Shown here piece by piece: positions 54,373 through 64,000 of a stretch of DNA of 64,000 bases. Numbering within the stretch: position 1 is the first letter of the stretch; every line of letters starts with the position of its first letter. This DNA is from Antedon mediterranea (lineage: Eukaryota > Animalia > Echinodermata): contig NC_092677.1 of the NCBI RefSeq assembly GCF_964355755.1, positions 7,834,101 through 7,898,100 of the forward strand. Reading direction: 5' to 3'. The notes beneath the pieces were generated by a model. That model did no database searches. It saw only the letters and a list, made by a program, of their open reading frames with translations, and had not been told where the DNA came from. Both the position numbers and the translations under genes were made by a program.

Positions 54373-57300
54373 TTAGTAGCAGGGGCAATACGCAGTTACT
54401 GTGAAATTAAAAAGAAATATTATAAAATTAGATCTGTAACTATGAGTTCAAATGCTTTGAAAACAAGTGATTATAGGATAAACACATTTACCTGCTACAC
54501 GCGAAAGTTCTACTTTTATTTACAAGGAATGACCAGTCTCACGTGTATTTTCTATATATTGATATATACAACTAATCTAAATCATGTTTGATCAAATTAA
54601 CATACCTCTTCGGCAAGTTTCTCCTGTGAAGCCATGTAGACATGTACACATTTCATCACCATCGCCATTGTAACCACATTCCCCTCCATTCAAACAATTT
54701 AAGCTGCAATCATTTTCTAAATGTCATACCAAATTAATAATACATTTGGTTATCATTATATTGACATGGTTAGTTGTTTTAGTTATTTTGAGTTCGTAAG
54801 CTATCTTTCGGGATTTGTGAGAGTAATTATTATTGTCTCTGCCCTAACACTTTGTAGGAAACAATGCATTTGGGGTTATATAATCCTACTGTAAAATGTT
54901 TTTTTTTGGTTTTAAATTAATTTTTTATAGATGAAATGGCGTTTTAGTACAAATTGTAACCATTTATTTTGTCTTTTTACAAGTGAAATCATTATTTTTT
55001 ACTCTTTTCTTACCTTCTTCACATGTCTCACCAGTATATGTGTCCAAACATGTACAAGTGTATCCTGAACCATCGCTTGTACAAGTACCTCCATTAAGAC
55101 AAGGAGCATTGCCACATGGATCTAAATTAAATATACCGTTTATGAAAAAAGGAAATGAAATAATAATATTTTTTGTTTTCGTTTTTGTTGTGTTTATGTA
55201 TTTTTAGGATTATTTTAGGAGGAATAGAGAGTAGGTGACTGAAGCCTAATCGTAAAGACGATAGGGTTGTGTTAGCAATGATTGTGGTAACATTATAATA
55301 AATTATGAACATATTTTTTTTATCTATCTTATTGTAAGCCTATAGTATTTGTTCTGGGCTTACCTTGTGTTTCACATGTCAGGCCAATATACGGCTCCAG
55401 ACATGCACACGTGTATTCAGAGCCATCGTTGATACAAGTACCTCCATTAAGACAAGGATAACATATGCATGGATCTGAAGGTAATAGAAGGAAGGTAAGA
55501 AAAAAAAATACAAAAATAAATAATTAAGGGGACATGATTAATTCCTTAATCAATAACATAGAAGTTGCAATAATTAATACCGCATTGCTATATCTAATGA
55601 CGTGGAATACAATAGAACCCCTACTTTGGGACACCCCTATTAAGGGAACAGTTTCCCTCAAAGAGAGGGACAATGTTTTTAATACTGGGCACACCCTACC
55701 CGGGGGACACTCATATTAAGGGGAAGCGGACAATTTTGAGTGTGCCAAATACTTGATTCAACCCCTATTGAGGGAAAAATATCTTATTTTGTCATAAAAA
55801 TGACCAAATAATTATTAATTTATATCGTTATCAATACACAAATATAATATCCTAATAATTATAATAATTTCTCAGCTGGCATGACAGTTTTTATTGATGA
55901 AACGTTGGCTGCTAAAGTTTTAATTCTTCTTAATTTCTATAGTCCAGATCAATTAGTTTTCATTGTTATATTTGTATATTTGTTTTGCCTATATTAAGGT
56001 TTTTTTTGGTAGTGTCCCCAAATTAGCAGCACTTCTATTAGGGGACAATTTTTTGGGTCCCGAAGGTGTCCCCTTAATTGTGATTCTACTTTATTTTTTC
56101 ATGGATCTGAAGGTAATGAAGAAATGAATACAACAATAAATAATCAAGACGACATGCAATAACAGAAAAGAAAAGTTGCAATAATTAATACTGCATTGCT
56201 ATATCTAAATGACGTGGAATACAATAGAACCCCTACTTTGGGAACAGTTTCCCACAAAAATAGGGGAATGTTTAACACTATACGGCCACCCCCTACTCAA
56301 GGGACACCCATATTAAGGGGACGGAGACACTGTTGAGTGTGCCAAATGGTTGATTCAATCCCTATTAAAGGAAAAATATATCATATAAAATGACCAAATA
56401 ATAATTAATTCATAACATTATCAATACAAAAATATAACATCCTGATAATTATAATACTTTCTCAGCTTCCATGACAGTTTTCATTGATGAAACGTTGGCT
56501 GCTAAAGTTTCAATTCTTCTTAATTTCTATCGTCCAGATCAACTAGTTTTCATTGTTATATTTGTATGTTTTTTTTTGCCCATATTAAGGGTTTTTTGGT
56601 AGTGTCCCCAAAGTAGCAGCACTTCTATTAGGGGACAATTTGTAAGGATTCTACTGTATTTCGTTTTGCAACTTTGTTTTAGTGTGATGTTTGAGCTGAT
56701 CTTACTTTCAAATTCACATGTTGTACCACTGTGTGAGTCATAACATGTACATGTGTATCCTGACACATCGTTTGTACAAGTACCTCCGTTAAGACAAGGA
56801 TCACTGTTGCATGCATTTGAAGCTAAAGTAATATGAAATAATAATTATCATAGAAACTAAAAAAATAACAACAAAACAAACATCTTTTTTAGAAAGAATG
56901 AAAATGTGAAAAATCCGTGAATGACGGTTGCTGTAACAGTGATTGTGGTAACATTAACATTAATTACAAAATGATATGCGTTTGATTATCATGCAGTAAT
57001 ATTTGCTTTGAGCTACATTGTCTATGGGGCCAGACAGGCAGAGCCACCGTTGCAAGGATTGCAAATGCATGAATCATGAAATTATAGAAAAAGATGGTTA
57101 TTACAAAACAAACAAACAATAGTATGACGTATTTAGTTTTGCAGCTTTGTTTAGTTTGAGCTTCTCTTACTCTGTGTTTGACATGTCGCGCCGGTGTATG
57201 TGTCCAAACATGTACAAGTGTATCCTGAACCATCGTTGGTACAAGTACCTCCATTAAGACAAGGAGCACTGCCACATGGATCTAAAATTAAAAGAAAGCT

Positions 57301-60300
57301 ATCATGAAATAACGACAATATTCATCCAGAAATATGATGTATTATTTTTCTTTAAATCTTCGCTTTTGTGGTTGTTATGGTTTTACTTACTTTGTGTTTG
57401 ACATGTCGCGCCGGTGTTTGTGTCTAAACATGTACAAGTGTATCCTGAACCATCATTGGTACAAGTACCTCCATTAAGACAAGGGTCACTTCCACATGGA
57501 TCTAGAGTTAAAATAAAACTATGTTTATGACATAACGACAAACATTATTGGTGAAATGACGGGAATAATCATATTAAAATATAAGGTATTGGTTTTTCAA
57601 TATTTCTTTTTTTAGTTTTCTTACTTTGTGTTTGACATGTCGCGCCGGTGTATGTGTCTAAACATGTACAAGTGTATCCTGAACCATCATTGGTACAAGT
57701 ACCTCCATTAAGACAAGGGTCACTTCCACATGGATCTAGAGTTAAAAGAAAGCTATAGTTTATGACAAAACGAGAAACATTATTGGTGAAATGACGACAA
57801 TAATCATTTAAATAAAGGGATTTGTTTTTCAACATTTCGTTTATGTGGTTATATTTATCGTTTTTCTTACTTTGTGTTTGACATGTTGTGCCAGTATATG
57901 TGTCTAAACATGTACAAGTGTATCCTGAACCATCGTTGGTACAAGTGCCTCCATTAAGACAGGGAGCACTGCCACATGAATCTAGAATTAAAAGAAAACT
58001 ATCTTTATGACAAAATGACAACAATAATTAGTGAAGTAACGACAATATTCATACAGAAATATGAGGTATTTTTTTTTTATACCTTCGCTTTTGTGGTTGT
58101 TATGGTTTTAATTACTTACTTTGTGTTTGACATGTCGCGCCGGTGTTTGTGTCCAAACATGTACAAGTGTATCCTGAACCATCGTTTGTACAAGTACCTC
58201 CATTAAGACAAGGAGCACTACCACATGGATCTAGTTAGTTAAAAGAAAACCATAGTACATAACAAAACGATGACAAAACACTATTGGTGAAATGACGACA
58301 ATAATCATTTCAATATAAGGAATTTGTTTTTCTACATTTCATATTTGTGGTTGTTATGGTTTTTCTTACATTGTGTTTGACATGTTGTACCAGTGTATGT
58401 GTCTAAACAAGTACAAGTGTATCCTGAACCATCGTTGGTACAAGTACCTCCATTAAGACAAGGAGCACTACCACAGGGATCTAGAGTTAAAAGAAAACTA
58501 TAGTTCATGACAAAACGAGAAACATTATTGTTGAAATGACGACAATAATCATTTGAATATAAGAGATTTGTTTTTCAACATTTCGTTTGTGTGGTGTTTA
58601 TGGTTATCTTACTTTGTGTTTGACATGTCGCGCCGGTGTATGTGTCCAAACATGTACAAGTGTATCCTGAACCATCGTTAGTACAAGTACCTCCATTAAG
58701 ACAAGGATTACTACCACATGGATCTAGAGTTAAAAGAAAACTATAGTTCATGACAAAACGAGAAACATTATTGGTGAAATGACGACAATAATCATTTGAA
58801 TATAAAGTATTAGTTTTTCAACATTTCGTTTTTGTGGTGTTTATGGTTATCTTACTTTGTGTTTGACATGTTGCGCCGGTGTATGTGTCCAAACATGTAC
58901 AAGTGTATCCTGAACCATCGTTGGTACAAGTGCCTCCATTAAGACAGGGAGCACTGCCACATGGATCTAGAATTAAAAGAAAACTATCTTTATGACAAAA
59001 CGACAAAAATAATTAGTGAAGTAACGACAATATTCATACAGAAATATGAGGTATTATTTTTTTTATACCTTCGCTTTTGTGGTTGTTATGGTTTTAATTA
59101 CTTACTTTGTGTTTGACATGTCGCGCCGGTGTTTGTGTCCAAACATGTACAAGTGTATCCTGAACCATCGTTGGTACAAGTACCTCCATTAAGACAAGGA
59201 CTACTTCCACATGGATCTAGTTAGTTAAAAGAAAACCATAGTACATAACAAAACGATGACAAAACACTATTGGTGAAATGACGACAATAATCATTTGAAT
59301 ATAAGGAATTTGTTTTTCTAAATTTCATATTTGTGGTTGTTATGGTTTTTCTTACTTTGTCACTTTGACATGTTGTACCAGTGTATGTGTCTAAACAAGT
59401 ACACGTGTATCCTGAACCATCGTTGGTACAAGTACCTCCATTAAGACAAGGAGCACTACCACATGGATCTAGAATTAAAAGAAAACTATAGTTTTTGACA
59501 AAACGACAAAAATGATTCGTGAAATGACGACAATAATCATACTAAAATAATTCGTTTGTGTGGAAAAAATAATAGGTCTGAATGTAAGGTTCCGGTATAC
59601 ATTAAAGGAAAAAAGGATTGTTAACAATTATAAGTACCTCGGAGTGGTGTTTGACTATAAGCTTAATAGTTGGCTCATGTTGACCATATAGTTAAGAAGA
59701 TAAACACAAGGCTGTACCATTTGAGGAAACTCGATTCGTTTGGGATAAAGCAAGATATTTGTAGAATGTTTTACTCCTCATGGATGTTATCTATTTAGGG
59801 GATATTGTATGTTGGTCTTGGATACGAAATTATAACAAAAGATTCGTAAGATAGTCATTTTCTTTATATTTATTTAAGGCAAGTCAAGATATGAGCATTG
59901 TTATTTCCATTATATTTAATGTATCTGTATCTGGTGATTATATTTTTTAATTTTTCTTACTTTGTGTTTGACATGTTGTGCCAGTGTATGTGTCTAAACA
60001 TGTACAAGTGTATCCTGAACCATCGTGGGTACAAGTACCTCCATTAAGACAAGGACCACTGTCGCATGCATCTAAAGTTATTAGATAATAAAGGTTTATA
60101 TAAAAATACGAAAATAATTATACTTTTAATAGGCCTATAAGATGAGCAAAATTGTTGATTAAGATAACTATTACAAAATAATTATTGTATTGTATAAGTC
60201 TTTTTTTGTAAATAAAATAACTAAATTTGTTAGCACTTACTATTGCAAACAAAATCTGCATCTTCTTCAACTGTTTTGAAAAAAAAGAAACGATTATTAT

Positions 60301-63300
60301 TGTATATCAATTAGATTTTAATAGAACAATTACAATCTGAAGAAAAAACAATGTAACAGATATGACAACAATCTAAATCAAAATGTAGAACATTTCGTTT
60401 ATTCGGCTTATGAGAAGAGAAAACATCATTACGCAACACATGTGGAACACATACAGTACTTGTGTGTTTTTTAAAATATATAGCTACAGATGAAATAAAA
60501 CCCCGAATATTTCTTTTAATTAGCTTAATACATTTTTTGTTTCATTCTGTTCTGATTTTCTTTTAATTGCCATAGTAAGAATTTTAATATGTTTGTACCT
60601 AAGTAGGTTAACTTACCACATACACCACACATAAGAGGGCATCCTCTTTCGACGTAAGATAGGCCTATACCACACTGAGCTGGATACCAGCCTGCATAAC
60701 AGTACTCATGTGTATCTTCACAAATTGCTAACAAAGAAAACCAACAGAAAACCACTTCACAAACCATAAACCATAGTATAAACTACATTATAATGTAAAA
60801 CGTGTCCATTTTGGCACCGGCCAAGGATTACCAATAGTAATTTAATCACTGCCCAATCATCAGACAGGTGATAATCCAACTGAAACAGTTCACCGGGATA
60901 AGTAGGAAAGCCAGTCGACAAATCTAGGAGAGTGCGCCCGAAATTAATTCAAAGTTTAAGGGTGTTGGAAAACACATTATTTTGTATTAGTGTAATATTA
61001 TTTATATATTTATTTTCAACAATATTTTACGAGGGTGGTCCATTCAGCCAAAGCTGATCATTAGGGACCCTCACAAAAATACAACATGACGAGACATAAA
61101 CATGTAACAAAAAACTTTAAAATTAAAATAAATATAATTTATAAAGATATAATAAAGCCCCAAAAAATAAGAATGAAAAATTAAATGAAATAAATTGGCC
61201 ATCTCAGAAAAAAAGAAAGGAAAAAGGAAGCAACTAAACAAGAAGATGATTCTTGCGCAGAAATTTGAAGGAAGAGTAAAATGAAGCAAGTCGGATATCT
61301 AAAGAAAGAGAATTCCAAAAAGTTGGAGCATTGTAGCTAAAAGGCTGTTTAACAAGTTCCAAGTAAGGTATGTGTATAAGGAAATCACCGTTAGTGTCGT
61401 GTGGCAATGCGCCCATTAGATGTGATCTTGCAAGTAGACAGATTGAAGAGCAAGATTATGAAGAGCTTTAAAAGTAGGGCAGACAAGTTGATATCGATAT
61501 CAATATCGATAAGGGTATCAGCAAAAATTTATAAATTATTGCATTTAAAATCATAATTAGAGAAATTTGTAATCTACAAAATTTTATAGTGAGATAAAGA
61601 ACTTTGAGAGCACAATGGATATTCATACAGAGGCCTATCCCTTTTCTTTCGTGCAATTATTTCATTCTTGATTTCAAGGACGTTTAGTAATTTCAATACT
61701 GGCAAATAACAATGCAATATAATTTCAACATTTCTAAAAACTCAACATTGATAATTATTCAATAACAGACAAATAACAATAAAACCTGTAAAATATAAAT
61801 GTTATCAATAATTTGAAATTAAAAACTTTTACAACAGATAGATAGGGGATAGCATTCTTATTTCATATTCGTGAATCTGTATTTTGTCAAACGTGTTCTG
61901 TTATTGTTTACCTAAAAAAGTAAAAAATATTTTTTTTTAAAACGATCAACCTCTTCGTTCAAAATCGAGGTACTTACTTGTGCAGCCGTTTCCATAGTAA
62001 CCGTTTGGACAAGTGCATCTGCAATCACTAGTTATTGTTCCACAGTTTTCACATTCCTGGTTGCAAACTGTAATTATTATGTACGCGATAAATATTTAGT
62101 TAATTTAAAAAAAAAATTGTTTTTAATTGCTTCATTATAATAATAAATAATTCTGTAATAATAATGAAACAAATATATAAAACAAACCTAAATATTTACG
62201 TTATTAACATCAAACACATTGTAACTTATTTCACATTTGTATTGTACTTTTTTAAATTTTAACATACTATATGGTTTATGAATGTTGTGTGAAAAAATAA
62301 AGAATACTCATACAATACAATACGATGTCAACAAAATAATAGTCGTTAACTTTAAATCTATAACAACAAATGTAAACTTACCACATTCTTCACTGTGTTC
62401 CGAACATGGACCTAAAAATTAAACATGTTCATATAATATAAATAAGCCTACTCTAGATATCGTATCTACCATTAATAGGGAGCCTTCGGTTTGTAAAAAT
62501 GTACTCTTATCTTGACATGGAACTCAAATCAACTGTGTCGACATAAGCGCTCCGAGCAACTTAACGCAACTGCCAAGCACACACAACATGCCGACATAGT
62601 TCTTTCTCATGTTGTAATGCAAGTGTCATCAATTCGTTCCCAATACATTTTAGGACCGAGTGACTGGCTTCACATTATCTATTAAAACTGTATTCGGGTG
62701 GCTTACTTACGGCATTGATTTTCATAGCACTCGTCAGAACCCGAGGAACACTCGGTACAACTTGGTCCACTCACGTATGGTTGTCGATTGTAATTACCAC
62801 TGAAAACGATTGTTTATCATTTATCAAATTAATATATTTACTTAATTAGGCATAATTAAAAAAGGAAAAGTCAATGGCAACTTCCGAGCATAGTAAATCG
62901 TATTGAGTAGGATGCCATGTATAGTTACAACATAGAAAGGCATTAATTGGAAAACTTGAAAAAAACATATCCATAGAGCCCCTCACATTCGTACCTTATA
63001 TGGATAATAGTACATGTACCTATACATTATAGGTATAAGCAGGAAAGAGTGAAATTTAACACTTCCCTGGTCTAAGATTAATCACCTGATCACCTAACTT
63101 GTCAATAATATCATTATTAACTTTAATAATCATTAATAACAGTAAACACTTTTAAAGTTAATATCTCTAACAAAACAATTGTGATATACATATCAGATGA
63201 AACACAATACGTACGCGGGCCCGTAGTTACACGTCAATAGCCACACGTCCGACTGACCCTGTGGTGTAGATTCGCAGAATGTAAGGCCGCAGCCCACTGC

Positions 63301-64000
63301 ATACGAGTCCGCCCAAACCACCTATACATAAACATACCACAGAGATAGGAAAATGAATGTTACAGGATCATTTTTGTGTTTACAGATAGATGAAGTGATT
63401 TTTAGGATTTCCTTGCGCAATTATGAAACGACATATGGTGTTAATATGTAATATATATAAGATATAGGCCTACATTACTATTTACAGAATAGGCCTACCA
63501 ACAGTAAAATTATTATTTTTAAACGTTTTATAAAATCCATTATCATTATCATTATTATGTATGTTATGTCAATAGCCTATTGAAATTAGAGTCAATTGAC
63601 ATAACTTTAGAGTTACCATGTTGTTTATTATTATTCATAATGTTGATAATTAGTAGTATTTCATCATCACATTATCAATTATCAGTTTGATGCAACATGT
63701 TGTGTATGTGCACTGCCACCGATGTAAAGGTGAAATTCCAAATAAATTGATTGATATGGAATGCAGTATGCGGCGGTATCACGATCATCAGTGGCAGATA
63801 TATTCAGATAAGAGTTTTTACCTGTGTGTAATGACCACATACACGCCCCGGTTCACACCCATCCGTGTCATAATCGTAATCTGATACTTCGTTGTACCAT
63901 GCCTGGGCTGCCTCTAAACCGTTAGGTTGGTATGAGCCAAGCCAAAGGTTTTGTCCGACAGGTTCAAATGGAGAAATATTGTCTGGTTGACCATGGGCGA
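54373..64000 (-). CDS. Secreted CAP-hinge-EGF-ShKT-(EGF)x15-CPC protein; 5' end lies outside the window
   Basis: Exons >64000-63822, 63321-63215, 62799-62711, 62411-62382, 62067-61978, 60727-60617 (ShK), 60270-60241. EGF exons 60071-59961, 59468-59356 (aberrant), 59216-59106, 58966-58856, 58723-58613, 58480-58370, 58230-58120, 57981-57871, 57735-57625, 57501-57391, 57281-57171, 56822-56706, 55474-55364, 55121-55014, 54716-54606. Tail 54398-54373 (VTAYCPCY*). Confidence 0.9.
59575..59800 (+). mobile_element. LINE RT C-terminal fragment in an intron
   Basis: Reads as [13 protein letters not shown] / [24 protein letters not shown] across a frameshift. Confidence 0.7.
61030..61455 (-). mobile_element. 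L2/CR1-like LINE 3' end in an intron
   Basis: ORF 61234-61416 contains [26 protein letters not shown], typical of the L2/CR1 ORF2 end, followed by a T-rich 3'UTR. Confidence 0.65.

Noticed and set aside
57171-59468. CRISPR-like repeat-spacer appearance
   Set aside because: The repeats are 111-bp EGF exons with GT-AG boundaries, the spacers are homologous introns, the context is eukaryotic and there are no cas genes.

Overview
AT-rich eukaryotic genomic DNA with GT-AG spliced genes. It is probably a marine invertebrate deuterostome; that is an inference from the EGF/ShK gene content, the repeat types and frequent TAGGCCTA. I reconstructed the genes by hand from splice sites and reading-frame phase. 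The window holds a cluster of four secreted, cysteine-rich protein genes: (1) a Reeler-EGF gene on + (1957-5019); (2) a CAP/SCP-hinge-EGF-ShK gene on - (7288-15368); (3) a CAP-EGF-ShK gene with 10 further EGF exons on - (41490-49651); (4) a paralog with 15 further EGF exons on - (54373 to beyond 64000). All four end in a tiny last exon carrying a Cys-Pro-Cys motif. The Reeler gene also shares its last two exons (a distinctive EGF plus a T-x-Y-C-P-C tail) with CAP genes 3 and 4, which suggests exon shuffling and possibly a modular, disulfide-assembled secreted system. The stretch from about 16 to 41 kb is repeat-rich: LINE relics, MITEs, Helentron/Helitron-like pieces, satellites, a 1.1-kb foldback element and a possible spliced non-coding transcript. 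A probable first coding exon of a divergent neighbouring gene lies at 259-391 (-).
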